Assembly (NCBI GenBank): GCA_035644475.1
Contig: DASQOL010000018.1
Location: 15,495-79,494 of the forward strand
Source: Gammaproteobacteria bacterium
GTDB lineage: Bacteria > Pseudomonadota > Gammaproteobacteria > Steroidobacterales > Rariloculaceae
Length of the DNA: 64,000 nucleotides
Direction: 5' to 3'
Numbering within the stretch: position 1 is the first letter of the stretch; each line of letters starts with the position of its first letter. The translations under genes and the position numbers were made by a program. The notes below the pieces were generated by a model. The model was not told the DNA's origin. It ran no database searches and saw nothing but the letters and a program-made list of their open reading frames with translations. Positions 24,278 to 33,421 of this stretch are shown here, one piece after another.

Positions 24278-25798
24278 ATGTCGAGCAGAACACTTGCGCT
24301 CGTGTGCTGCGCTGTCGTCGCAGCGTCGACGGCACGCGGCGAGGACATCTGCGCGGGCCTCGCAAGCCCGGGCGTCACGAGCGCCGGCGGCGCCGCCCCG
24401 TTCCGCGAAACCACCATCCTTTCGATCACCGCCGTGGCGGCCGATGCCGCACGAGGGGTGCCGGCCTTCTGTGAGGTGCGGGCCGCGATCACGCCGGCGG
24501 CGGGCTCGCACATCGGCGCGGTGTACCGGCTGCCCGAAAGCTGGAACGGCAAGCTGCTCGGCGTCGGCGGCGGCGGCTTCGCGGGCGACGTGACGCTGCA
24601 GGCCGCCACGGCGGGACTCGCGCGCGGTTACGCCGTCGTCCAAAACGACCTGGGGCACCCGAGCGCCGACGCGCTCGATCCGTCGTTCGCGCTCGACGCC
24701 TCCGGTGCGCGCAACGTCGAGGGCATCGTCGACTTCGGCCATCGCGCCACGCATCTCGCCACGGTGGTGGGCAAGGACGTGGCGGCCAAGCTCTACGGCC
24801 GGGCTCCGCGTTACGCCTATTTCCAGGGCTGCTCGACCGGCGGCCGCCAAGGCCTCGCGGAGGTTCAGCGCTATCCCGACGACTATGACGGTGTGATCGC
24901 GGGCGCGCCGGTCTACACCCCGCTCGTCTACTCGAACGCGATTCTGCGCGTTCAGGCCTTCCACTCGAAACCCGAAAGCAACCTGCTGCCCGCGCAAGTG
25001 CCGCTGATCCAGAAGGCCGTGCTCGCCGCCTGTGACACGCTCGACGGCGTCGCCGACGGAATTCTCACCGATCCGCGCGCCTGCTCGTGGGATCCGGGCG
25101 AGCTCGAATGCAAGGCCGCGGCGTCGGCCGAGTGCCTCACCCACGCGCAGGTGGAAACCGTGCGGCGCGTGTATGCCGGCGTAAAAACCAAGGACGGCAA
25201 GTACGCCGCGATGCCGATCATGCGCGGCGGCGAGAGCGATTGGGTGGCGCGCATGGTCGGCACACCCGAGGCGCCGAACGGCGTGAACGCGCGACTCGGC
25301 GCGCCGTTCATGTCCTACATCGTCAAGGCCGATGCTCGGTATGACCTCTTCACGTTCGATCCGGAGCGCGATATGGCGGCGCTCGCCGGCGGCATCGCAG
25401 GAGCCGAGGTGCACCAGCAAAATCCCGCGATCGGGCGGTTCGTCGCGCGCGGCGGCAAGCTCCTGCTGTGGCACGGCTTCAACGACCCGGGACCGAGCCC
25501 TGTGTCGACGATCGAGTACTTCGAAGCCGTGCAGCGTGCGGTGCCCGCGGCGCGCGAATCCGTGCGGCTATTCCTCGCGCCGGGCGTGCTGCACTGCCGC
25601 GGCGGCGCCGGCCCCGATCGGTTCGACGCGTTGACGGCGCTCGAGAGCTGGGTGGAGCGCGGGACTGCGCCGGCTACTCTGCTCGCGACGAAGGCCGGGT
25701 CGACGCTGTCGCGGCCGCTGTGCCCGTATCCGCAGCTGCCGCGGTACAAAGGCACCGGCGATCCGGGCGACGCCGCCAATTTCGAGTGTGGATCGTGA
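24278..25798 (+). CDS. Tannase/feruloyl-esterase family alpha/beta hydrolase, secreted
   Basis: Signal peptide, LPESWNGKLLGVGGGGFAG, and the nucleophile motif YFQGCSTGGRQGL, followed by YPDDYDGVIAGAP. Confidence 0.88.
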   Translation: MSSRTLALVCCAVVAASTARGEDICAGLASPGVTSAGGAAPFRETTILSITAVAADAARGVPAFCEVRAAITPAAGSHIGAVYRLPESWNGKLLGVGGGGFAGDVTLQAATAGLARGYAVVQNDLGHPSADALDPSFALDASGARNVEGIVDFGHRATHLATVVGKDVAAKLYGRAPRYAYFQGCSTGGRQGLAEVQRYPDDYDGVIAGAPVYTPLVYSNAILRVQAFHSKPESNLLPAQVPLIQKAVLAACDTLDGVADGILTDPRACSWDPGELECKAAASAECLTHAQVETVRRVYAGVKTKDGKYAAMPIMRGGESDWVARMVGTPEAPNGVNARLGAPFMSYIVKADARYDLFTFDPERDMAALAGGIAGAEVHQQNPAIGRFVARGGKLLLWHGFNDPGPSPVSTIEYFEAVQRAVPAARESVRLFLAPGVLHCRGGAGPDRFDALTALESWVERGTAPATLLATKAGSTLSRPLCPYPQLPRYKGTGDPGDAANFECGS

Positions 25799-25915
25799 GG
25801 CCGCTCGGGCTCGAGCACGCGGCGCGCGCAGCAACGCGCTGAGTCGAATCCACTGTAATCTAATGTGCGCGCGGGGCCGGCCGCCGCCGCGCGTTGTTTG
25901 TGCTACGGAGGTTGC

Positions 25916-27784
25916 ATGCGTTCCTTGGTTCCAGCTTCGGTTTCGTTGTCGCTCGCCGTCGCGCTGTTCGCGGCTGATGCCTCCGCGCAGTCGCCCAACG
26001 GCGAGGCGTTGTTCGCACAGCACTGCATGGCGTGCCATCAGAGCCCCGCGCCCGACCCCGAGATCCCGGGACGCGAGCACCTCGAGCAGCTGCAGCCGGA
26101 CGTGATCGTCGCGTCCCTCACCGACGGCCCGATGCGGATCCAGGGCATGCCGCTCACAGCGGCGGAGCGCGTCGCGATCGCGGAAGCCGTCACGGGCAAG
26201 CGAGTCGCGGCCGCCGTGGTGGCGACCGACGCCGGGCAGTGCACGAGCCGCGCGAGCGCCGCGTCGAGCCCCGAATGGAACGGTTGGAGCCCGGACGTCC
26301 GCAACACACGCTTCCAGCGTGACGCCGGCGGTCTCACCGCGGCCAATGTTTCGCAGCTGAAGCTCAAGTGGGCGTTCGGCGTGCCGAACGTCACGCAGTC
26401 GCGCTCACAGCCGGCGATCGTCGGCGGCAGGCTCTACATGGCGAGCGCGTCGGGCATGGTCTACGCGCTCGACCCGAAGACCGGCTGCACGTACTGGACG
26501 TACAAGGCTCAGTCGGGCGTGCGCACCGCGATCTCGGTGGGCCCCGTGGGACCGAAAGGCGCGCCGACCGGCAACGCGGTCTACTTCGCCGATGCGCAAG
26601 CGCGCGCCTACGCCGTCGACGCCGCCACCGGCAAGGAGATCTGGAACCGCAAGGTCGATGACCACCCGGCCGCGCGCGCAACCGGCGCGCCGACGCTCTA
26701 CGACGGCCGGCTGTACGTGGTCCTGTCGGGCGTGTCGGAGGAATCGGCGGCCGCGATGCCGGACTACGAGTGCTGCAAGTTCCGCGGCAGCTTGACCGCG
26801 CTCGACGCGACGACCGGCGCCGTGCTCTGGAAAACCTACACGGTCGACGAGCCGAAGCCGCGCGGCCTGAGCACGACCGGCAAGATGCTGTGGGGACCGG
26901 CCGGCGCGCCGATCTGGAGCGCGCCCACGATCGACGCGAAGCGCGGGCTGATCTACGCGGCCACGGGCAACGCATACGCCGATCCCCCGCCGCGCACGAG
27001 CGACGGGGTGGTCGCGTTCGATCTCGCCACCGGCAAGATCCGCTGGGTCAATCAGATCCTGCCCGACGTCTGGATCTTGGGGTGCGGCGGGCCGCCGCCC
27101 GGCATCGCCGCGCCGAACGCGCCCGCGTCCGGGGCGCCCGCCGCGCCGCCCGCGCACAATCCGAATTGTCCGCGCGACGTGGGCCCCGACTTCGACTTCT
27201 CCGCTTCGCCGGCGCTCGTCACGCTGTCGAGCGGCCGCGACTTGCTGGTCGTCACGCAAAAATCCGGAGTCGGGTTCGCGCTGAATCCGGACAAGCGCGG
27301 CAAGCTGGTGTGGGAATACCGCTGGGGCCGCGGCAGCCCCGTCGGCGGCGTATGGGGGCTGAGCACGGACGGCGATCGCGCATACTTCGGCGTGGCCGAT
27401 CAACTCTCGCCGGCGCCCGGCGGCTTGCATGCCGTCAATCTCGCGACCGGCAAGCGCGCGTGGTACACGGCGCCGCCCGCTCCGGTCTGCGTCAAGGGCC
27501 CGGGATGCAGCGCCGCGCAGTCGGCAGCGGTGACCTCGATCCCCGGCGCGGTGTTCGCGGGCTCGGCGGACGGCGCGGTGCGCGCGTACGACAGCAACAC
27601 CGGTGCGATCGTCTGGACCTTCGACACGAATCGCGACTTCGACAGCGGGAACGGCGTCAAGGCGCATGGCGGCTCGATCGACGGCCCGGGGCCGGTCGTC
27701 GCGAACGGCATGCTCTACGTCACGGCCGGCAACGCAGGCTTCGTCGGCACCGCCGGCAACGTGCTGCTCGCGTTCGGGCTCTGA
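25916..27784 (+). CDS. Cytochrome c domain fused to a PQQ-repeat beta-propeller dehydrogenase-like protein
   Basis: ATG 25916 follows GGAGG. Signal peptide, haem motif CMACHQ, then multiple PQQ/BamB-like repeats (GGRLYMASASGMVYALDPKTG, GRLYVVLSG, GLIYAATGN, GAVFAGSADGAVRAYDSNTG, GMLYVTAGN). Confidence 0.8.
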   Translation: MRSLVPASVSLSLAVALFAADASAQSPNGEALFAQHCMACHQSPAPDPEIPGREHLEQLQPDVIVASLTDGPMRIQGMPLTAAERVAIAEAVTGKRVAAAVVATDAGQCTSRASAASSPEWNGWSPDVRNTRFQRDAGGLTAANVSQLKLKWAFGVPNVTQSRSQPAIVGGRLYMASASGMVYALDPKTGCTYWTYKAQSGVRTAISVGPVGPKGAPTGNAVYFADAQARAYAVDAATGKEIWNRKVDDHPAARATGAPTLYDGRLYVVLSGVSEESAAAMPDYECCKFRGSLTALDATTGAVLWKTYTVDEPKPRGLSTTGKMLWGPAGAPIWSAPTIDAKRGLIYAATGNAYADPPPRTSDGVVAFDLATGKIRWVNQILPDVWILGCGGPPPGIAAPNAPASGAPAAPPAHNPNCPRDVGPDFDFSASPALVTLSSGRDLLVVTQKSGVGFALNPDKRGKLVWEYRWGRGSPVGGVWGLSTDGDRAYFGVADQLSPAPGGLHAVNLATGKRAWYTAPPAPVCVKGPGCSAAQSAAVTSIPGAVFAGSADGAVRAYDSNTGAIVWTFDTNRDFDSGNGVKAHGGSIDGPGPVVANGMLYVTAGNAGFVGTAGNVLLAFGL

Positions 27785-27923
27785 ACCCGACGCGGGCACG
27801 GATTCCAAATCTTTCGTCGCACGCTCCAAATCTTGGATCGTTCCGCGCCGCCCAAGGCCCTGGGCGCGACCGGTACGGAGCTTGCATGCTCCCCGGTTTC
27901 GAGAAACAACGAGGAGAAGGGAC

Positions 27924-28304
27924 ATGGAACGTCCAATCGTCACCGTCGTAGCCACCGCAGCGCTCGCTTTCGCCGTGGGCGCCCTTGCACAGCAGCCCAC
28001 CGATCGCGGAGCGCCTCCGGGCCAAACGCAGCAGGGACCGCAGGTCTCCGACTCGGATCTGGAAAGATTCGCCGACATCTACGTGGACCTGGAGCGCACG
28101 GTCGACAAGTTCCAGCCCCAGCTTGCAGCGGCGAAGACCGATCAAGAGGCTGATGAAGTGCACTCGCGCATGCAGAAGGAGAGCACAGCCACCGTCGCTC
28201 AACACGGCTGGACGCCCGAACGCTACCTGACGGTGGCCGACACCATCAACGCGGACCGCACTCTCGCGGAGAAAACGCTCAAGCTGATCGCTGACCGACG
28301 CTGA
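27924..28304 (+). CDS. DUF4168-family periplasmic protein
   Basis: ATG 27924 follows GAGGAGAAGG. Signal peptide plus VSDSDLERFADIYVDLERT...LAAAKTDQEADEVHSRMQKE...GWTPERYLTVADTIN. Confidence 0.7.
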   Translation: MERPIVTVVATAALAFAVGALAQQPTDRGAPPGQTQQGPQVSDSDLERFADIYVDLERTVDKFQPQLAAAKTDQEADEVHSRMQKESTATVAQHGWTPERYLTVADTINADRTLAEKTLKLIADRR

Positions 28305-28381
28305 GCGGGACTGTCCCTATACGGTGCCGTCTCAGACACCTTGGTGCCCTGCACCCGTTTCGCGTCGCACCTGCCGAAACG

Positions 28382-29869
28382 TCAATTCAGCGCGAGATTC
28401 TCCGGCGCCGCGGGTTGCTTCGCAGCGAGGTTCGGGCCGAAGCGCAGCGCGCCCATGTCCATCGGTTCGTTGTGAGCGGTGGTGTTGTAGTCGAGCTGAA
28501 ACGTATCGCCGCCCGACGACATGTTGAGCGGCTCGTCGTCGCCTGCTCCGATCACCGACGATCCATTCGCCACTTCGAAGTCGCTCCAAGTGACCTGGTC
28601 GGCGCTGCTGATGGATCGCCAACCGGACATCTTCGCGAGCGAGAGGCCCGTGAATCGATTGCCGGAGCTCGTGTAGCCGCCGCCGGGGTTGCCATTGCTG
28701 AAGTAGTTGTTCGTCGCGGTCATGCCGGCCAAGTCCGTGCCGCTCACGTCGCGCGTGCCGGAGGAAAGCGACAGCAGGATGTTGTTGATGAACCTGGAGT
28801 TCGGCTTGGGTACGCTCGCCTGCAGCGTGACCTGCGTTTCGTTGTCCACGAAGGTGTTGTTGAAGACCAGGAGCCCGTCCAACGAGGTGAGCGAATATTC
28901 GCCCCAAATGGCGAAGCCGGAGCTCGTGAATGCCACGAGATTGTCGTACACCCTCGCGCGCTGCGACTGGACCGAGGACAGCAGGGCGGCTACCGACTCG
29001 TAGTGGTAACTCTCGTTGTTGAGCGCGATGCCGGCGCCCACGGTGCGGCTCGTGCGCCAGTACTCGGAATTGGTGGTGCCGACCACGACGTTGCGGCGAA
29101 TCGTGGTGTTCGGCGACGCGTCGGCGTAGATGCCCACGGCGCGGGCGCCGTAGACGTAGTTGCCTTCGATCACCGTCCCGTCGGCGCCGCCGTTGGCGTT
29201 GATCCCTTCGCCGTAGACTTCGGTGACGGTGTTGCCTTGGAGGATGGCGCCGGTCGTTGCTTGAACCTCGATGCCCCCACCCCACGGCGCACCTTCCTTG
29301 ATGCCCTTTCCGGTGTGCGTGACGCGGTTCTGCTCCGCGCGCGGGCTCGTGGAGCGCAGGAACTGGATTCCGCTGTTATAGGCCCCGTCGACCGAGCAGC
29401 CGACGACGGCGGAGGACTGAGAGTCGGCGACGTCGATGCCGCGGCCTCGCGAGTTGATGACCTTGATGTTCTCGACGCGGACCCAATTGGCGCGCACACG
29501 CAGCAACGCGTCGTAGTGGTCGCTCGGCAGCGTGTTACCGCCGTCGATGACCGGCCGGCTCGTGGCGTAACCCCGCGTGGCGACGCCGTTCTTCAGGTAG
29601 TACGCGCCGACCATGGCCAGTTGCGACGACGTGCCGGCCCATTTGACGGTCAGCGTCCCGCTGAAGGTGTCACCCTCGTGAAACAGCACGATGTCGCTCG
29701 TGGCTAAGCTCTGCTTGCTGACCTTGCCGAGCGTCGCCCAGGCCGTGGCATGCGAACGGCCGTCGCCGTTGTCGTTGCCGTCTGCGCGTACGTAGTACGT
29801 GGCGGCCTCCGCCGCGGACGCGACGAGCAGCAACGAAGCGAGAAGGCATGAGAAGAGAACGGACCGCAT
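28382..29869 (-). CDS. Secreted right-handed parallel beta-helix repeat protein (pectate-lyase-fold; putative glycan lyase, hydrolase or epimerase)
   Basis: Signal peptide ...LLLVASAAEA followed by ATYYVRADGNDNGDGRSHATAWATL. Repeated N/G/I/V-rich coils (NSRGRGIDV, GGGIEVQ, GEGINANG, AVGIYAD, GAGIALNN). SD AAGGAG. Local GC is about 60% versus ~70% in the flanks. Confidence 0.75.
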   Translation of the reverse strand: MRSVLFSCLLASLLLVASAAEAATYYVRADGNDNGDGRSHATAWATLGKVSKQSLATSDIVLFHEGDTFSGTLTVKWAGTSSQLAMVGAYYLKNGVATRGYATSRPVIDGGNTLPSDHYDALLRVRANWVRVENIKVINSRGRGIDVADSQSSAVVGCSVDGAYNSGIQFLRSTSPRAEQNRVTHTGKGIKEGAPWGGGIEVQATTGAILQGNTVTEVYGEGINANGGADGTVIEGNYVYGARAVGIYADASPNTTIRRNVVVGTTNSEYWRTSRTVGAGIALNNESYHYESVAALLSSVQSQRARVYDNLVAFTSSGFAIWGEYSLTSLDGLLVFNNTFVDNETQVTLQASVPKPNSRFINNILLSLSSGTRDVSGTDLAGMTATNNYFSNGNPGGGYTSSGNRFTGLSLAKMSGWRSISSADQVTWSDFEVANGSSVIGAGDDEPLNMSSGGDTFQLDYNTTAHNEPMDMGALRFGPNLAAKQPAAPENLALN

Positions 29870-30191
29870 GGCGCTACACTCCTTGTGTGGATTGCCGAGG
29901 AGCCTCCGCGCTCCGCGCAGACTCCAGCTTCAACACGAGCTTCGAGCGCTGTGTCCCAAAAAGGGAATGCAAATTTCAAGAACGCACGTTGAGCGCGAAT
30001 CGCGTCGCCACAAAACAAAGAAGGCGGCAATCCGGCCGTCCGAGCGCCCCCAGCGCCGCGACCCGTGGATGTTTTTTTGTGATCCCCCGATCACCCGAGT
30101 GCGCTGATCCTCCCACCGGCTTGGTGATGCGTCAAAGCGTCTCCCGGGGCAGACAAAATGAGCGTCCGCGCCGCGGACGGCAACTGGCGGC

Positions 30192-30470
30192 ATGGGACTT
30201 GCACTGGGCGGCTGGAGCCTGACGTTTCAGACGGGCTACCCGAATACCGTTTCGCGAGAACACGTCGAGCACGCGGGCTTCCCCTCGATCTGGATCGGCG
30301 GGAGCCGCGGTGCCGACGTTCTACGCCGCGGGACAACGCGGCGATCGGGAAGCGTCTCATCGTTGGTCTAGTTCTTGCGGCCACTCGGCCCGTTACCACG
30401 GAAGCTATCGGGATCGCGACGCGGGCGGCGATCGCATCTGCGCATGACGCTGGGACGCGCCGCGACGGGC
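30192..30470 (+). pseudogene. Possible frameshifted remnant of a luciferase-like (LLM) flavin oxidoreductase
   Basis: Frame 0 reads MGLALGGWSLTFQTGYPNTVSREHVEHAGFPSIWIGGS and then hits a stop. Frame 2 continues ...GKRLIVGLVLAATRPVTTEAIGIATRAAIAS. This resembles an LLM N-terminus from memory only, and no intact ORF exists. Confidence 0.2.
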
Positions 30471-30557
30471 ACCGGCAACTACCGTTTCGACGAGGCGAAG
30501 ATCAGATGAGCGAGGTGTCTGCCGGGGCGCCGATCGCGCCCCGGCAGGCACGCTAGT

Positions 30558-30573
30558 TGGAACGATTCGTGCA
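30558..30573 (+). promoter_or_regulatory. Candidate sigma-54 (-24/-12) promoter for the methyltransferase gene
   Basis: TGGAAC-GATTC-GTGCA has correct GG-N10-GC spacing and 2 mismatches to TGGCAC-N5-TTGCA. It lies 47 nt upstream of ATG 30620 and is preceded by a 16-bp-stem hairpin at 30515-30551. Confidence 0.4.
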
Positions 30574-30619
30574 CACAGCCGTGGTCGACAGATCCCTGTA
30601 AGGCAGGTGGGAGAAGACC

Positions 30620-31573
30620 ATGCGGATTCGTGCCTTATTGAAAGGCGCCTTGACGTTCGTGCCCGGCGCGCCGGCCCTGTTGCCGAAACCCCCTCCGGGC
30701 TCGACCACGGCCACGTCCTATTACTACGGAGTCTGGCTCAAGCACCTCGGTTTGCTCGCCGCGAACGGGCTCGACACCTCACCCACCGTGGTCGCCGAGC
30801 TCGGGCCCGGCGACACTCTCGGCGTCGGCCTCGCGGCGCTGCTCTGCGGCGCGGACAAGTACTACGCGCTCGATCTCCTCGCCTACACCCAGCCGAGGAA
30901 GAACCTGGCGGTGCTCGACGAGCTGATCGCGCTGCTGTCGAAGCGCACGCCGCGGCCGGACAAGGGCTTTCCCGAGTTCGCCTACTCGCGCGGCGGCGAG
31001 CTCTTTCCGACCGAAGTGCTCACCGACGAAAGGCTCGCGCGCGCATCGTCGCCGGCACGGCTCGCGCATCTACGCGAGGCGCTCGGGAGCGACACCCCCC
31101 GGGCAGGACCGATAGTGGTCCAGTACCGCGCGCCGTGGGACGACGCCGCCGTGATCGAGCGCGACTCCGTCGATCTGGTCGTCTCGCAATCGGTGCTCGA
31201 GCACGTCGACGATCTCGACACCGCGTATCGCGCGCTGTACCAGTGGCTGCGGCCCGGCGGCGTGATGAGCCACTTGATCGACCTGCGGTCGCACGGCCTC
31301 ACCAAGGAATGGAACGGCCACTGGTCGATCTCGGATCCGATGTGGGCGGTGATGCGCGGCAAGCGATCGTTTCTCATCAATCGCGAGCCCTGCTCGGCGC
31401 ACCTGGAGCACATTCGGCGGTGCGGTTTCGAGATCCTCTACGTTGCGCAGCGCCGTGGCGCGGCCGGCATCGGCCGCGCGCGCTTGAGCAAACGCTGGCA
31501 ACCCCTGTCGGACGACGACTTCTCGTGCAATTCGGTTTTCATCCAGGCACGGAAACCGACGGGACAGGCCTAA
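30620..31573 (+). CDS. Class I SAM-dependent methyltransferase
   Basis: Motif I VVAELGPGDTLGVGLAALLCGADKYYALD, and motif post-II/III VDLVVSQSVLEHVDDL...LRPGGVMSH. SD GGTGGGAG. Confidence 0.8.
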   Translation: MRIRALLKGALTFVPGAPALLPKPPPGSTTATSYYYGVWLKHLGLLAANGLDTSPTVVAELGPGDTLGVGLAALLCGADKYYALDLLAYTQPRKNLAVLDELIALLSKRTPRPDKGFPEFAYSRGGELFPTEVLTDERLARASSPARLAHLREALGSDTPRAGPIVVQYRAPWDDAAVIERDSVDLVVSQSVLEHVDDLDTAYRALYQWLRPGGVMSHLIDLRSHGLTKEWNGHWSISDPMWAVMRGKRSFLINREPCSAHLEHIRRCGFEILYVAQRRGAAGIGRARLSKRWQPLSDDDFSCNSVFIQARKPTGQA

Positions 31574-31666
31574 CCGGCATTACCTTACCGGAGTGCAAGC
31601 CGCGCGGTCCGTCGTCGCAATGGGAATCGGATCACAAAGATTGGAGTCCCTAGTCCCGCATCCCGG

Positions 31667-33370
31667 CTATTCGAGGGCGCCAGCGCTCGGCCGACCGTTG
31701 CGGGTCTTGCATTCGTAGTCGTATGTCAGCGCCTTCGCCCATTCGGTAGGCGACGGCTGACAAGTCGACCAAGAGAATTCACGCATCGACGGTGGGAACG
31801 CCTTGAGGTCGATCACCGTGCGGTCCTCGGAGTCGCCCGCGTGCTCTGCAACGGACGCCTTCGATGGGGACGACTTGGACGGGCGAAAGTTTGCAGGCGG
31901 TGGAATCGCGCCGGAATGAACCGCGGAATAGTCGAGCGGAATCCCGGCGGCGCCGATCTTGGCATTCGTGCCCACGCAAGCGTCGTCGGACGGCCGCGTG
32001 CCGAACACGTTCGAATCGACGGTGAGCAACGACGCCGGCGCTTCGGGAAGCGCGCAATTGCGGCCGGCTTTAGCCGAGAACACGTTGTCGACGATCTCGA
32101 TCTTGTCGATGTTGTTCTTCACGGTGAGATTCGCGCTTGTGACGTAGAGGCCCTTCTCTTGCAGACAGGTATTGCCGTAGACCAGCGCACCCACTTGATA
32201 GCCTTTCGCCGCGGGGTCGTCGCAGTCCCCACTCCCGCAGTTGTACTTCGATTCTCGAAACACCTCGAGATTGATGCACCCGCGGGTATTGGCCATGAGG
32301 TTGTTTCTGAAGACGTTATGAACCGAGCTGCGCATGTCGTGCTTGTAGGGCTCCACGGCAATGGATAGGCCGATGCCGTAAGACTCGTCGACGCCGTTCA
32401 GATAGCCGTTGCCGAGCAACACGTTGTGCTCGACGACGTTGTCGGAAGCGTTGTCGAGGTAGATCAAGGGACGGCGAACATTCGCCAGCGTGTTGCCGCG
32501 AATGATCGTGTGCGAGGAGCGCAGAACGCCGATCCCCTCGCCCCCGGAATTGCCGAGAGTATTGCCTTCGATCAAGGTGTAGGACGGAGCGGAATCGATC
32601 ACGACGATCGCCGGCGACCACGTTTTGGTGCGGCCGTCGACCTTCTTGACCGACACGGTATCGATGCTGTTGTTGCGCAGGATGTCGCTTTTCACGCGCT
32701 GCAAGCGAATGCCCGCCTCCACGGTCTGAGCTATCGACAGGTTTTGGACGACGAGGTCCGACGTGGTGTTATCGCCGACGTGAACCAATCCTGCCCCGGA
32801 AGAGTCGGCGAGGGCGAGGTCTTGCACGGTTACGTGACTCGTCCTTACTGTGATGAGGCCGTTCCACTGATTGGCGGGCACGGCGTCTTTGTTGTCGGCG
32901 TCGACGCCGACGGGGCACGTCGACGGCGTCGTCGAGCGGCAGGCAGAGCCGTAGGTTCCACGGATCGTCGGCCGCGAGCTGCCCTCGAAGCCCTGTAGGG
33001 CCTTGGACCCGACGACGTAGTACGAACCGATGATCACGCGGTTAGACGAAGATCCTTCCCACCCCACGGTCAACGCCTGATTGACGCACGTGGTGCCCGC
33101 TTTGATGAAGACGTCCGAACCGACGGCGTGCACCCCCGACTTCACCTTGCCGAGAGTCTTCCAGGGTTCCTGCGGGGAAGTGCCGCTCCCCGAGTCGTTA
33201 CCGCGGTCGCAGTCGACGAAGTAACCCTGCGCGTCGGAGTCCGCGTGGGCCGCGCCCGCGGCGGCCGCCAGCAACAACAACGCCGCGAGCCGCGTTGCGG
33301 CGGCTCGCAGCGGCCGAAAGCCTTGGCCTGCTTCGCCCGCGGGGGCCGCCTCGCTTCCCGTGTGGTCCAC
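31667..33370 (-). CDS. Secreted right-handed parallel beta-helix repeat protein (paralog-like of 28382..29869)
   Basis: The N-terminal mature region (GYFVDCDRGNDSGSGTSPQEPWKTLGKV...) parallels ATYYVRADGNDNGDGRSHATAWATLGKV in the other gene, and beta-helix coils run throughout. The start is reassigned to GTG 33370 (SD GAGGAG 6 nt upstream) because the listed ATG 33415 lies inside a sigma-54 promoter. Confidence 0.72.
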   Translation of the reverse strand: MDHTGSEAAPAGEAGQGFRPLRAAATRLAALLLLAAAAGAAHADSDAQGYFVDCDRGNDSGSGTSPQEPWKTLGKVKSGVHAVGSDVFIKAGTTCVNQALTVGWEGSSSNRVIIGSYYVVGSKALQGFEGSSRPTIRGTYGSACRSTTPSTCPVGVDADNKDAVPANQWNGLITVRTSHVTVQDLALADSSGAGLVHVGDNTTSDLVVQNLSIAQTVEAGIRLQRVKSDILRNNSIDTVSVKKVDGRTKTWSPAIVVIDSAPSYTLIEGNTLGNSGGEGIGVLRSSHTIIRGNTLANVRRPLIYLDNASDNVVEHNVLLGNGYLNGVDESYGIGLSIAVEPYKHDMRSSVHNVFRNNLMANTRGCINLEVFRESKYNCGSGDCDDPAAKGYQVGALVYGNTCLQEKGLYVTSANLTVKNNIDKIEIVDNVFSAKAGRNCALPEAPASLLTVDSNVFGTRPSDDACVGTNAKIGAAGIPLDYSAVHSGAIPPPANFRPSKSSPSKASVAEHAGDSEDRTVIDLKAFPPSMREFSWSTCQPSPTEWAKALTYDYECKTRNGRPSAGALE

Positions 33371-33405
33371 GGCCGTCTCCTCTGCACTGGTGACACAGAG
33401 ACGGC

Positions 33406-33421
33406 TGCAAGACATGTGCCA
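33406..33421 (-). promoter_or_regulatory. Sigma-54 (-24/-12) promoter with perfect core consensus
   Basis: Minus strand reads TGGCAC-ATGTC-TTGCA. It sits 29 nt downstream of the stop of permease 33450..35903 and about 36 nt upstream of GTG 33370. Confidence 0.7.

Noticed and set aside
29870-30250. Sigma-54 promoter upstream of the first beta-helix gene (28382..29869)
   Set aside because: The best GG-N10-GC candidates (TGGCGA-N5-TTCGC and TGGGAG-N5-GCGCA) have poor -12 or -24 boxes. One lies ~230 nt from the start. Neither can be told apart from background by eye.
33413-33415. ATG 33415 as start of the beta-helix gene
   Set aside because: It lies in the 5-nt spacer of a perfect sigma-54 -24/-12 element and so upstream of the predicted TSS. 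It has no SD. GTG 33370 has GAGGAG at the optimal distance.
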